The translations under genes were made by a program, and so were the position numbers. Positions 37,727 to 50,904 of a stretch of 64,000 nt of DNA are shown in pieces. The notes under the pieces are model-generated. The model did no database searches. It worked only from the letters and a program-made list of their open reading frames with translations, and had not been told where the DNA came from. The DNA is taken from assembly GCA_963514005.1 (NCBI GenBank), contig OY740821.1:12834001-12898000 (forward strand). Reading direction: 5' to 3'. Position 1 is the first letter of the stretch; each line of letters starts with the position of its first letter. The DNA is from Raja brachyura (Eukaryota).

Positions 37727-40700
37727 ATGTTGGTAATTTGCGTAAGGAGTGGGCCTCAGGTGGAGGGAGGAGAGAGGGGTGAGGAAAAAACCTCTCCAGC
37801 AACAGAAGCTGTTTCCAGGTAGAAACAAAGCACAGCAGGATTTTAAATAAAAAGGACAGACAGTAGTTAAAGAATTAACACAGGAAACAAAAGTCCAAGT
37901 TACTCTGATCAACTATGGGAGTGAGCTGTCCCATGGAGATCTTTCACCTCATCTCTCATGCTAAAATGAATGTTATAACTGACAGGAGCTGTACTCAACT
38001 CTCCAGTGGCATTTGTCGCTTTCCCTCTCTTTCCCCTCCATTCTTCAGCAGCTTTACAGGTTTAGGCACAGAAAACCTACCCTGCATCTTGCGATATTAT
38101 ACCAGCAACTTTTTAAAACCTGATTTTTTTCCTGTAAAACCTCTGTGAATTATTCACTTCGTTGGGCCCTCGGTTTTTTAAGATTTTTTTTCACATCTTT
38201 TCCTGTCAGAGAGTGAATGAGGGGGCTTCAGGTCCTGAAGTGTGAGACAAAGTTCTAAGTCTTTTCCCAACTAGAAAGCAGCCACACAGCAATGCACATT
38301 TACATGCAGAAATTATTTTTTGAAGGGGAAATGAACTGATGAGGTGCTCCTTCTTTATATCTCGACCGAGAACAGTGCTAGATCTTGGCCAGTCCCACCT
38401 GCACCAGACAACTTCATGTAAAGGTTTGGGGGAAAAGGGCAAGAGGACATCCTCGGAGCTGAATTCAACAAGAGAATACAAGGGGCGAACTTCGCTGTGT
38501 GCTTAGAAAACAGACACTTACACAAGGCACACCCACAAAAGAATACACAACGTGTTTAGCTGGTGTTTGATATCACACCTCATACACAAAAAAAGTAACG
38601 GCATAAGGGTAATATATTATACATTCTTGACTAAAGCTTATTCCATAAATTCTCCATTATCAGGCAAAATAAATGTCTGAGCTATACAAATAAAACTATA
38701 GACTTTGATTAAAATATGTAATATACAGTAATGTTGAAAGCTCTTCAAATATATACCTTTTTGCCACTCAGTCCAAGGGCTACCTCAGCATCACATATTT
38801 GCAAAGTAACAGCCAGTACCCCACCGGCAAAGTGGGTTTTAGACTTTGATGGGCAACCATCACCTCCCTTCCCCACTCCATGTGTATTTTATGGGATGAT
38901 ATATTTTTCGCGATGGGCAAATTAGAGCAAGGATTGGAAAGGCCACTGTCTAATTTAACGTAAAATAGAACCCATTCCACGTCTGTGCAGGTGAGTGGGA
39001 GCTGCCACTCTCTCCCTCTCATCTCCCCACCACGGCTTGGGGGAGCCCAATCATTCTAATTTTGGTTTATTATTCCTTCACAAGACATGGCGTTTATCGT
39101 CCACACTTCCCTGGCCCTTGAGCCAAGTGGCTCTGAGAGAGAAGTTAAAAGTCTGGAATCACATCTGGGGCAAGGTTGGCAGATTTCCTTCCCTTAAGCA
39201 CAGTGGTGCATTAGTGGGGTTTTATGAGAATTTGGTCATTTCTAGAATACACTATAACAGAGACCCAGGCTATAGTGAGCTAGCTTTATATCCCAGATTT
39301 ATTTAATTAATCTACCTGAATTTGAATTCCCCTGCTGTCATGGTGGGATTTGAATGTGTCCCTGGATTAATGGTTCAGGCCTCTGGCTATTTAGTCATTG
39401 TGCAATTTACCCCAAATGTCATGATCATTGCCTTGCATGCCTCCTTCTTTGTTACTAGCCCCTGTTACGGGCCAAGGGACTCACTGTTCCTGCTCACTAT
39501 CCACAAGCCAGTGCACCAACGTGAGGCCAGAGCTCAGAGAGCAGCACTGTAGAGCGGTGTGCTACAAATCTCTTCTCGCGTCATCAGTAACATCTGCAAT
39601 TCCACCAGCCAAACCATCCTCCTCCCCAGAAACGAGGAAAAGCAACATTGCCAGTAAGGCCCTGGTTGTTCTTAGCTTTGATTAATCTGTGAAGCCAAAC
39701 TTTGAGTATATCGTTAAACATAAAGGTTACAACACAGTTAGCAGTGACTGACTGACATTTTGTGACTGTTTATCATGGTAATAATGAAATCTCTTGGATT
39801 AATATTTTTGAGATGTCTATGTCTGAAAAAGAACATAAAAAATATATTTTTCTTCACTGAAATGAATGCTCGTGATTCCTCCTTTTATTCAAGCACGTAA
39901 CCAGAAGGCCATTTGCAAACACATTAGTTTGAAAGACAAATCTCCACACTGCAGGTTTTTGTACGAAGTGGCTGTGTAGAGTGGTTTAATTCTGGGCAAG
40001 GGCTCTCTGGGGGGGGGGGGGGTGTCTCTGTTTGCTGAGCTACATCCACACTCACCATCAAAAGCTGCTGAAAACCCTTCCCTTCAACCATCCGTTGTTG
40101 GTCCATTAGCTGCTTGGTATCTTTAAAAGATCTCTTGCATGTGTGCTCAATGGCAAGGCACTAGTGTCTGGTGTTGGAGGGTTTACCTATGTCTGTGGTA
40201 ACCTCTCACCAGCTCTGCAGAAAGCTGCAATGGGGAAAAAAAGAATTACATTCCTACAGCACCTTCCACAAGCTCAAGATATCCAAAGCGTTTGATGAAC
40301 ATCTGAAGTGAAATGTGTTGTAAATTGCACACAGCAAGGTCTCACAATCTGCAGTGCAATGACCACCAAATCATTCATTTTACTGGTGTTGGTCAAGACT
40401 TTGCATTTGGTTGGAAGCCACGTGAGCATTCCGACCTAGAAGTGTGGAAGGACATTTGTGTGTTCAGGCTAGAAACTCATAATCCATGTTACCCGCTTGA
40501 AGGAGTGGTGCCCTGTGGTAATAACTCATCGACACTAATCCGTTTCCAAGGGTCTCTCAGTTACGTGCCCCAATAAAATACATTGGCATATTGAACAGGC
40601 ACAGCAGAAACTATCACATGAATTCACCACTTGTCAGGTGTTGTGACTCTACTCCGAGATCATATAATAGCCAATCTTTGTCATCAACACATTCAGATAC

Positions 40701-43019
40701 GCAGCACAATATATTATATGCACACAATATATATTATATATATATCCAGGAATCTGGTGCTGAGCATCACCGTTTGTTACTAGCTCCATGGTTCCTGTTT
40801 ACATTAGAATAGAGACCAAGGCCATTTATACTAGCATTTCAAAGGCAAATGAGTGCTTCTGCAGGCCAGCACATGCGATCCAAATAATTGAATACAACAT
40901 TAATCAAGGCTGATTCAGAGGCCAGTTCTGGAGATCAGAGGCAAGAACTTGAACTGCAGAAAAGCTACAGGATGCGTGAGCGCTAGGTTCCATCTTACTC
41001 CCCTTCTACAGTCCAGTGGTAATGGGGTTGAGTGTGGTATCCGAGGGTCCCAAGGTGAAGCCAGATGGCCAGCTCAGGAGGCCACAGCACAAACCATCCA
41101 TCACCCAGAGATGCATCTAGGCTGGTTGTTGGGAGAGATGGCAATAATAGGAATGAGGGTAGCCGTTGCTGAATGAAGGATGTTTACCACACTGCGGCAC
41201 TTACTGATGCACACCCCATTCCCTCAGGGATCTGTGACATGGAATTTGTGGTAGGTTAGAGTGTTTGGCTGTGCTGACATTCAAAACCAACCAAGCATCA
41301 AAGATGTCCCTGACGGTGCAGTGTGAAGGAGACAGTGCAAGGGAATTCAGGATCAGTGCAGCAAGGTTCTGCGAGAACACACGCTAACATTTCCGATCGA
41401 CCCAAAAACAAACACTGCAGATACCTAGAACCTGTCATAAAAACAGGGAATGCTGGAAACATCAGCAGGCCAGGCGGCATCGATGGAGAGAGAAACAGTT
41501 AACATTGACAGGTTAATGACCTTTCAGTGGAAGGTCTGTCAGTACTCCAGTGAAACTTCATCCACCTGAAACATTGCTACCAGGGGATTGAAACGTTTTT
41601 TTTAAAGGCCAGGTTGTGCAGCAGGTGGACAGATCATTCTCAAGTGTAAATCTGGGCAGAAGGGGCGGCAGAGCGACAAAGCATGGGATGGGTTTCCATG
41701 TTTTGGTGCTGAGAATATTTAAAGGGGGCAAACAAACTCCGTCCATCCCATGGGAAGTGTTGCAGAAATCAATACTCAGCCAATGCCACGCTAGGGGGAG
41801 CTCACATTTCGGTACCCAGTCTTGCTTGGTCTTGGCTTGTTCCCAATGGAACAACCGTGGTGTAATGGCCCAGGAACTAAGAGAGCAGCCCTTGCAAATT
41901 AGGTCTCCACATGGATTTTTGTCTTGGGAAGGCGAGTCTGGTTTGTAGGTAATGAAAGCAACACAGAGATAGTCTGGTCACTTTCATGGTTCTATTGGGG
42001 GAAAGGTTACTGTAGTTTCTGCTTCTTCCATTCTTTAATTAGCCTGTTTTCTGAGCAAGCTCAGACTGTCTGCTGAACAGAACAGCGCTGGTTTTGAGCC
42101 TCGACACGCACCGTAGCCCACGTCCAATTCTCTCTGATACAAGAGCTAGTTTGTGCCCAGACTGACCTATTCTGATATCAGTCGGAAGGACTGTTCATTC
42201 TATCATCCCACAAAACAAAGCTTTGGCGAGTTAAGATGCGCTATAGTTGCTGGCAAGGAGTCCCACCCAAATCCATCACACTTCATCTTCAGTCACATCC
42301 AACTGAGTTCTCACCAGGTTCATTCTCCCAGCGGCTTTCATTGAAAGTCTCGATAAATGTCAGACCAATATTACACTTTCACTGTCGGACTAATATTACA
42401 GTTAGACCTGCTCGGAACTAGATAGCCTTATGATCAAACACCGGTGCACATTTGACTTTCTGCTATTGAAGATGGTGGTGCCTTTATACAACTGCGAACA
42501 CTCCAAGCTGCTAGGGATATTTACACTGCAGCACCAGATACTCTGAAAATTCCCTATGCGAGTTTGAGCGAGTTCCTGGTTTCACAGGTCTGGATCTAAC
42601 ATTGATCCCAATCTGTCTACCACCCTTCAATCATCCCACAGCCCCCTTTCATCTTTATTTAGTCCCCCTCCTTCACAATTTGCACATACTCTTTGTATTA
42701 TTCACATGCAGCATCACTCAGTAATCAAGTCTGCAGGGCTCCCCTTTACACGGGCAGTTACAATGAGAATCCTCAGCAAAGCACAACGTAGACAGTGCAC
42801 AGGATGGCCAACTTAGCTCGCCACCACTCTCTGAAGGGGAGCTGGGCTGTGAGGGAACAAGGCCCTACTGAACACCGCCACTCACAAAGTGACACCATCG
42901 AACCAGAGTTCAGACGAAAAGGAATCTCATGCAGTCTGATTATCCCCCTAGAGGCTAAAGTGGACCTTAAACAGAGAGAAGGGACTGTTTCTAAGAGGAA
43001 AACTAATGTTTCTAAAGAA

Positions 43020-43154
43020 GCTTGTAAGAAGGAACTGCAGATGCTGGGTTAAACCGAAGGTAGACACAAAAAGCTGGAGTAACTCAGCGGGACAGGCAGC
43101 ATCTCTGGAGAGAAGGAATGGGTGACGTTTCGGGTCGAGACCCTTCTTCAGACT
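43020..43154 (-). mobile_element. Short Penelope-derived repeat with intact hammerhead-core motif (representative of ~25-30 copies in window)
   Basis: Minus strand: AGTCTGAAGAAGGGTCTCGACCCGAAACGTCACCCATTCCTTCTCTCCAGAGATGCTGCCTGTCCCGCTGAGTTACTCCAGC...CCCAGCATCTGCAGTTCCTTC. Confidence 0.8.
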
Positions 43155-43259
43155 GATTAGGGAGCTTGTTCCTTTGGGTGATGCAGGAGGAGCTAGCTAT
43201 CCTTCTTGCCTGGCCAGGTGACTCCTTTGGTTTGTCTTTGAATGCAGCAAATCCCTGAC

Positions 43260-43401
43260 TCATCTCTTCTGTGGGCCGAGCATGACTTTGGTGATGAAGT
43301 TCACTATGGCGGATGCTGGCTGCTCTGGGTCGAGTTCAGCAAACAGATGGCAGACATTGTCAGACGTGCTTCCCTGTTTCTTCGCCACAAAACCAAACAT
43401 C
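43260..43401 (-). CDS. TNS2: Tensin-2 last exon (PTB C-terminus)
   Basis: Encodes [52 protein letters not shown] acceptor. FVAKK and ITKV are TNS2-type residues. Confidence 0.93.
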
Positions 43402-43479
43402 CTGCAAGAGAAAAAAATAATAAGAGCTCGCTGCAGCATGCTCAACAGTACACGCCACGCCTCTGACCATAACGTAGAG

Positions 43480-43810
43480 CGGCACTGTGCACAGCCTCTG
43501 CCTCACAGCGCCAGAGATCCCGGTTCGACCCTGACCACGGGTGCTGTCTGTGTGGAGTTTGTACGTTCTCCCTTTGACCGTGTGGGTTTTCTTCGGGTGC
43601 TCCGTTTTGTTCTCTCCTCATCCCAAAGACGTGCGGGTTTGTAGGTTCATTGGCCCTCTCTAAATTGCCCCGAGTGTGTAGGTAGTGGGAGAATCTGGGG
43701 GCAGTTGATGGGAATGTAGGGAGAATAAAATGCGATTTGGGTAGGATTAGTATAAATGACTGGCTGATGGTTGGCATGAAGTTGGTGGGCTGAAGGATGT
43801 CTCTGTGACT
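43480..43810 (+). mobile_element. HE1-like V-SINE
   Basis: GCCTCACAGCGCCAGAGATCCCGGTTCGACCCTGACCACGGGTGCTGTCTGTGTGGAGTTTGTACGTTCTCCC. Confidence 0.82.
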
Positions 43811-44219
43811 GACTCTCAACCTGAATGACCCATTCTCACTCCCCTACAATGGCAGGAGAGGATTCTGTGGACACTGTGGTCATTGAGCAGGGAGAAGTCC
43901 TTTCAAGAGTCTGTGAATCCATCTTAACGTTTCTAAAACTGCAGCATCTTTACGTGCGTGCAACAGTTCAGACTGTGGAGCGGGAACAGTGGGATCAGCT
44001 GGCCCACAAACCACCCGCTGCTTGGTGGGCAGTCTGGAGAGGTGTAGCTGGCTACATCCCTCTCCCCCGACACATTCCCCCACTGCTAACCCTCAGTGTC
44101 TGACCTCAGAAACTGTGGCCACCAGGGTGAGATGCTGGGAGTCTGGGGCCTCCCCCTCAGGATGCCGACAGAGAGGGCAGCGAAAAAACATTGTCATCCA
44201 AAAGCAAAAGCCCGCACAT

Positions 44220-44640
44220 GCTGGAAATGCGAACTAAAAATGTAACATACACAGCAGCTCAGGCAGTGTCTGAGGAGAGAGAATGAGCTAATGCTTCAGG
44301 CCGACGACCTTTCACCAGAACTGGGAAATGATGGAGGTGAGGCAGGCTTTATTTTTAAGACAAGCGGGAGGCACGGAGACAACAGAGGGTGGGAACCGGA
44401 GAAACCGGGTGCCACAAATGGTGGAGGTGCAAGGCGATAGGGGCAGGTGAAGCCACAAATCATGGGTCCGGAGGTGGTGCAAGTGGGAATCAGAATTATT
44501 GTTGGAACGAGAGAAGCAAGTGTTGACTCCAGAGGACTGCAATGTGCCCAGTTCGAAGATGAGGTGCTGTTTGTCAAGTTGAGCTTCACTGAACTCACCA
44601 ACCACATTGATCCAACTGACTTGCCTGTGGTTCCCACATA
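44220..44640 (-). mobile_element. Penelope-like element relic: GIY-YIG endonuclease C-terminus plus pseudo-LTR
   Basis: ORF 44312-44644 contains EAQLDKQHLIFELGTLQSSGVN, the PLE motif 'xxLEEQHLIFRLGTLQPxGxN'. It is followed by a pyrimidine-rich stretch and a degenerate CTGGTGAAAGGTCGTCGGCCTGAAGCATT hammerhead-like motif. Confidence 0.7.
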
Positions 44641-44687
44641 TCATAAATCAATTAAACCCCCCCAACATTCTCCCCAACATCACTTAC

Positions 44688-44717
44688 TTTGATGTTGTGC
44701 CTTCTGGGTTAGTCCAC
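44688..44717 (-). CDS. TNS2: Tensin-2 30-nt PTB exon
   Basis: Encodes (R)WTNPEGTTS(K), similar to TNS2 RWTNPDGTTSK. TTTTTCAG acceptor, GTAAGT donor. Confidence 0.9.
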
Positions 44718-46067
44718 CTGAAAAAAAGAGTAAACTGAGTGTGGGTGTGTGTGTGTGAGTGAGTGTGTGAAACTAGACGTAGCACGAATGGGCTCGCTTT
44801 CATTTGATAAGCAGAAAGAGTGTTTTCCAGTGTGAATTGAAATATTGTATTTTTTCATGGTGCCATTGAAAAACTAAAATCCTTGGCCACCTCGGCATAA
44901 AATTGAAAACAGATAAACGTGTCCGGGTTACAGAATCAGGCGTGAGAAATTGCAGAAGCTGGCAAAGAGGCAATAATTTATTGAAACAAGATACAGAGTG
45001 CCGGAGGAACTCTACGGGTCAGGCAGCACCAGATGAGTTCCTCCAGCACTCTGTCATTTGCTCAGCATTCCAGCATCTGCAGTTTGTTGTGTCTCCAATA
45101 ATTGACTGAGGATACGTTCCAGATTTGAGGGCGCAATTCAGATACGAAAATCTTGTGTGCGAGGCCAGGCTGCTAAAACAAGCAACGGCAATTTCTAATG
45201 TACAAAGCATCCCATGTGAAATGCTTCTGGAGTTATCAAAGAACACGTCTAAACCGGAGCTACGAGGAAAATTATTAGGATAGATCACCAAAGGGAGGTT
45301 GATGGGAACACCTTCGAGGCGGAAAGAGAGGCATGGAAGGTTTAGGGATGGAATTCCAGAGTTAGGGTTTAGGCAGCTGAAGACAAGAGGAGTGCAGCAG
45401 TTAAGATCGCTTGTGGAAGCTGGAAGAACATACAGAGACAACAGGGGTGGATGGCAAGTCCATGGAGAGATTTGACAAGGACGGAGATTTATAAACCATT
45501 ATTGGAGCAGGAACCAATGTAAGCACAAACGTGACATAGAAACATAGACAATAGGTGCAGGAGTAGGCCATTCGGCCCCTCGAGCCAGCATCGCCATTCA
45601 ATATGATCATGGCTGATCATCCGAAATCAGTACCCCGTTCCTGCATTCTCCCGACAGGTGGATGTGATCTGGAGTGACGTAAGTCTGAATTAACTCCTGC
45701 CCAAGAGGCTGAGCATGTCCCCAAATTCTATTCACATTGACGTTGGGCTGTGTGATGCAGCAGGGCTTTAGTGCTCAGAGCTCAGAGTGGCATGAGCTAA
45801 ACTGGGAACAAATAACCTGGAATATTATGGACCCACTTTATAAAGTTGATAATGAACCCTTTTGGTATGGGGGGTGGGGTGGGGTTTGGTCAGGGTATGA
45901 CGAGATTATCAACGTCCATACCTTCGCAGAGCTGCAGCATGACAGTTGCTGGACAGATTCTGGCCGTCACCTGCTCACTGCCTAACTTACACGTTCATAT
46001 TCAAAGTGTCTGAGGCTGAGGAGAGACTGTGTGTGGCAACGTTGGCACGGGTCAAGGGTGGAGTTAC

Positions 46068-46136
46068 CTTCTGTCCTGTGGGCCCAGGTTGCAGAACGTT
46101 ACGGTGTTGACTGGGTAATGGCGTCTGAAGAAAATC
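46068..46136 (-). CDS. TNS2: Tensin-2 PTB exon
   Basis: 69 nt. Encodes (K)IFFRRHYPVNTVTFCNLGPQDR(R). Confidence 0.92.
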
Positions 46137-47299
46137 CTGTTGATCAGGAAAGAAGACGACACGTTTAAAAAAGTGGAGTTTGGGTGTTCGAGCGTTCTCA
46201 AACTCCACGGTGAAATACAGTCTTAAGACATACAGAACAAACTGAACAAAACATTTATTTATAAAACACTTCAAGTAGCTTTCTGCAAGATGCATTCCTG
46301 GATTTTAACTATTCACCATCACTTTTTTTAAAAACTGATTTTGTTTTGGAAATGGGCAGATATTGTCAACACAATACATTTGTCTGAGTCTCACTAGTTA
46401 ATATGAATCCATCAAGGCCCGGCTGTGAGCCTGCAACAAGCTAGTGTGCACACTGTGCGGTCTGAATGATGGCCTCGACTCACAAAGTTGCCAACAGGAA
46501 AGTGAAATAAATCAAATTGCAGATAATCATTCATTTCTCAGTCCTGCATGTCAAAAAAAACCCCCCTTTTAATTTGTACTTTCATGATCTCAGAAAGGCC
46601 CGACAGCCAGCGAAGCAGCACTGAAGTGTGGTACAGAAGCATGAAAGCGCGCACCAGTCTGAAGAAGGGTCTCGACCCGAAACGTCACCCATTCCTTCTC
46701 TCCGGAGATGCTGCCTGTGCCGCTGAGTTACTCCAGCTTATTGTGTCCACCAGACTCAGGAACAGCTTCTTCCCCTCTGTTATCCGGCTTCTGAATGGTC
46801 CTTCCATAAGCCAGGGTACTATCCGATTCACCTCTACCCCAATGCGGACATTGGACTATATTCTGCACTCTGTATCTTCCCCTTTGCTCTATCTTTTGAA
46901 CTTGAGTTTGAACTGATTTTATTGTTATATGGTATTATCTGATCTGTTTCAATAGCATGCAGCAAAACAAAGTTCTTCACCGTATCTCGGTAGACATGAC
47001 AATAATAAACCTGAACTTGCTGTTGTAACGCAGCCAATTTGTACACAGGACGTTCGCACACATGACAGTGGGATTATGGGCAGATTGTTTATTTCAGTGA
47101 TGTTATAGGGTTTAGATTCACCTGTACACTGAGGAGAGCTCACTTGCTCTTTGGAATAGAGTCATTGTATCATTTACACCCACCCGAGACAGCAGGTGGG
47201 ACCTCAGGATTATGACCATCACATGAGAAGTTTGAAAACGATGTTAAGGTGGTTTCTAGGGGAAACCCTGAGCACCATATTGCAGAAATTGAAGTTTTT

Positions 47300-47620
47300 A
47301 AAGTTTAGTTTGGTTTGGAGATACAGCACGGAAACAGGCCCTCCGGCCCACCGAGTCCGCACCAACCAGCGATCCCCTCACATTAAGACTATCTTACACA
47401 CACTAGGGACAATGTACATTTACACCAAGCCAATTAACCTACAAACCTGTACGTCTTTGGAGTGTGGGAGGAAACCGAAGACCTCGGAGAAAACCCTCGC
47501 AGGTCATGGGGAGAACGTACAAACTCCACACAGACAGCACCCGTAGTCGGGATTGAACCTGGGTCTCCGGCGCTGCAAGCGCTGTAAGGCAGCAACTCTA
47601 CCGCTGCTGCCACCGTGGCC
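47300..47620 (-). mobile_element. HE1-like V-SINE (tRNA-derived head, CR1-shared tail)
   Basis: Minus strand reads CACGGTGGCAGCAGCGGTAGAGTTGCTGCCTTACAGC...CCCAGGTTCAATCCCGACTACGGGTGCTGTCTGTGTGGAGTTTGTACGTTCTCCCC...GGGCCGGAGGGCCTGTTTCCGTGCTGTATCTC. A and B boxes visible. Confidence 0.85.
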
Positions 47621-47769
47621 ACCCTGCACCCAATGAGGTGTTGTTGCCTCGGCTCCAATATCCCCACATTAGTAAATTCAAGGGTCTGGGCCGCCACTGG
47701 TGGCTTTACAGGACACGCAGCAGATATTACAACAGCTCAAGGTTTCTGGTAATCCTGATTTGGCCTTAC

Positions 47770-47938
47770 TTGCGTTGGCTGTCTGTTAGGGTGATGCCCT
47801 GCACGGAGACTTTGAAGTGGACCATGGTGGCAGTGGGCCGAGGCTGCATGGAAAAGGTCTGCATGGTTGCTTTGGCAACTGCCTGTGGGCCAGTCAGCGA
47901 CTCTGTCTCCACCGAGTTTATGTACAGCACGTTGCAGG
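47770..47938 (-). CDS. TNS2: Tensin-2 PTB exon
   Basis: 169 nt. Encodes [56 protein letters not shown](K). Confidence 0.95.
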
Positions 47939-48171
47939 CTGAAAAGAGGAAACATAGATTGGATTGGCCTGCCCAGATCAAACGCCAGCGCAAAACATCC
48001 TGGAGCTTTCCCAAGGATAAAGTAACAAAATGTATTAAACAGTTGCAAGCATGCCTGTACGATCAGTGCTCTCATGAAGCAATTGTAGCTGTCCCTATGC
48101 TCTTACACTCAGAACTATTGAATCATCAGCCTGTTACTGAATCTCAGCCCGTGCACAATAAATGTAAGAGG

Positions 48172-48327
48172 ATAGACACAGAATGCTGGAGGAACTCACT
48201 GGGACAGGCAGCATCCCTGGAGTGAAGGAATAGGTAATGTTTCGGGTCTCAATCCGAAACGTCACCCATTCCTTCTGTCCAGAGATGCTGCCTGTCCCGC
48301 TGAGTTCCTCCAGTATTTTGTGTCTAT
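48172..48327. repeat. Fold-back palindrome of Penelope-derived repeat, centred on hammerhead stem II
   Basis: ATAGACACAGAATGCTGGAGGAACTCA...GTTTCGGGTCTCAATCCGAAAC...TGAGTTCCTCCAGTATTTTGTGTCTAT. Confidence 0.85.
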
Positions 48328-49126
48328 CTTCGATTTAAACCAGTGCCTGCAGTTCCTTCCTTCACAAATGCAAGAGGATGTTTGTCTGTCAACAACTGAT
48401 GGAGACCCTTTATCCCATCTCGGCTGTGATAGGTTTTTTTTTCCCCTGCTCTTTCCCCATTTTTCCGTCCGGATAACAACTATAGCTGTGTTGGTGACAA
48501 AGTTATTGTAGTGGTAAAGTTATTGGATTCGCAGCCAGAATTCTGGAAGTTCAAATCCCACCGTGGCATCTGGAACAGTTAAACACAAATAACTGGCTTA
48601 AAAGAAAAGGTGTTGGTGAAACCATTGGTTTGAACCTGTTGGATTCACCCCCAGCATCCTTTATCTAGTCTCGCTGATGTGTGAATCCAGGCCTTCTCAG
48701 CTCAGGGGAAATTTCCCCCTCGTGTGTAGGGAGTGGGTGAGAAAGTGGGAAAACAGAACTAGTGTGAACGGATGATCGATGGTCAACGCGGACTCGGTGG
48801 GCCGAAGGGCCTGTTCCCATGGTGTATCACTAAACTAAAACATAAACTCAACCAAAGGAGAAGCCCAGTTCCCTTTTGGAAGTCCCAGTTGAATCCGTTT
48901 TCACCGTTAATCTCAGGTAGCATATTGTAGACCACAACAGCTCGCTGCATAATAATGTCATCCGGTTGTTGCAGGTCAATATCAGTATGGATGCCACTGT
49001 CCGGTATTCCAAGGACTTGGATCCAGGCCAAGTCTAGGGTTGGGATAGAGTGCAATATTCCCTCAGCCAAGCAGCAGTGAGCTGGCCTAAAGCTGGGCCA
49101 CAGAGGCCCAGAGTTGCAGCACTCAC

Positions 49127-49204
49127 CTGCTCCCTGTTTAAGCAATTCAGCAGCGGTGCTGGTGTTGCCGGGTACAACGCTGTCCGCAGTTTCATCCATG
49201 GGAT
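49127..49204 (-). CDS. TNS2: Tensin-2 SH2-PTB linker exon
   Basis: 78 nt. Encodes DPMDETADSVVPGNTSTAAELLKQGA. CTTGCAG acceptor, GTGAGT donor. Confidence 0.92.
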
Positions 49205-49336
49205 CTGCAAGAGAAAGGCAGGACGTGTCAGTGGGGCTGTCCATGAGAACTGTGGAAAGCACGGGGGGAAAACGACAAGGAGTGGGAGAGAGGATTGGAG
49301 GGGAGGGTGAGAAGTGTGAGGAGAGGGAGAGGGCGG

Positions 49337-49630
49337 ACATAGAAACAGAAAAGAGGTGCAGGAGTAGGCCATTTGGCCCTTCGAGCCAGCACCACAATTC
49401 AATATGATCATGGCTGATGATCCAGAATCAGTACCCTGTTCCTGATTTTTCGCCATATCCCTTGATTCCGTTAGCCCTAAGAGCTAAATCAAACTCTCTT
49501 GAAAACATCCAGTGAATTGGCCTCCACTGCCTTCTATGGCAGAGAATTCCACAGACTCACAACTCTCTGGGCGAAAAAGTTTTTCCTCATCTCAGCCCTA
49601 AATGACCGACCCGTGATTCTTAAACTGTGG
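49337..49630 (-). mobile_element. CR1-like LINE 3' fragment
   Basis: Near-identical to the 56372-56660 copy. Confidence 0.8.
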
Positions 49631-50169
49631 AGTCCTCAAGCTTGCCATCGAATCCATTCCGCATGAGATTAAGTATTGTTGGCAGCACAAATGGTGGAAA
49701 GGAATAAATGAACAATGATTGTTTCAAATTTGGCTCTGCTGGGTTGCAATACAATTACTTTGTTAAAATAAAAGCAATGTCCAAGTGCAGGGTCAAGTGC
49801 ATCCTGGTGCAAGCATTAAATATTCCAATATATTGTTCCCAAGGCAGGGATTGGAACACTAGTTCTACCCTATACTCTTGGGACAAATTACAGAAGGCAA
49901 TTCACCTACAAACCTGCACATCTTTGGGGCGTGGGAGGACACCGGAGCACCCGGAGAAACCCTACGCAGTCACGAGAAGAGAGCACAAACTCCGTACTGA
50001 CAGCACCCGGGATCAGGATTGAACCCGGGTCTCTGGCGTTGCGAGGCAGCAGCTCTTTAGCCAATTTTCATTTCCCAATCTCTTCCATGCAAAGAGCCCA
50101 AAGTGGTAGGTGTGAGGGCACTTAAGGAGTCGGAAGCACTCACAGTCTTTTCACAAAACAAAGGATTAC

Positions 50170-50247
50170 CTTTATTCGGAATCTTCAGCTTGTAGGGCAG
50201 GGAGATGGGCGTGATGGAGTGTTGATACACCAGAGCTGACAGGCTTC
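50170..50247 (-). CDS. TNS2: Tensin-2 SH2 C-terminal exon
   Basis: 78 nt. Encodes [26 protein letters not shown]. Confidence 0.93.
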
Positions 50248-50904
50248 CTATGGGACACCCAAACACAAAAGCAAGTTAGTTCTCAATGCCAAGTGTCTGA
50301 AGGCTCATTTAACATCAACTGCTTTTCTCACAGCAACTAACGATATCACCAAAACATCTGGAAGGCCGCCACTGGGAGCTATGAGCATAATGTATTCACT
50401 AATAGATCCAGAGAGGAATTCAAGGAATCCTTACTTGCCAAGAGTGTGATTAAAGTTAGGACAGGGTGTGACTGAGTCGGATATTGTAGAGTCATTTAAG
50501 AGGAATATAGATATGTGTGGAAAATGGTATCGGAAGATGTGGGGATGAGGAAAGAGGAAGCTAAATAGGAGATACATTAGATGCAAAATGCTGGAGTAAC
50601 TCGGGGGAGAGGGAATATCTCTGGAGACACGGAATGGGTGACGTTTTGGGTCAAGACCTTTCTTCAGACAGATGATTTAAACCAGCATCTGCAGTTCTTT
50701 CCTACACAAGCTGGATAGGAGAATGGTCAATCAGAGATTAAGTACTGGCATGGACAGTTGAAGTCATAGAATGAGTGCAATATAGAGGTAGAGTCACAGA
50801 GCACAGAAACAGGCCCTTCGGCCCAACCTATCCATGCTCACCAAGATGTCTCATCCAAGCCCATATCCTTCTAAACCTCTCCTATGCATGTACATGAGGG
50901 GCCG

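Noticed and set aside
47540-47620. tRNA-like A/B boxes
   Set aside because: They are the head of an HE1-like SINE, not a tRNA gene; no cloverleaf.
47638-49456. Long ORFs 47638-48225(+), 48783-49397(-), 49034-49456(-) as independent genes
   Set aside because: They are antisense to, or read through, short TNS2 exons into intron and repeat sequence.
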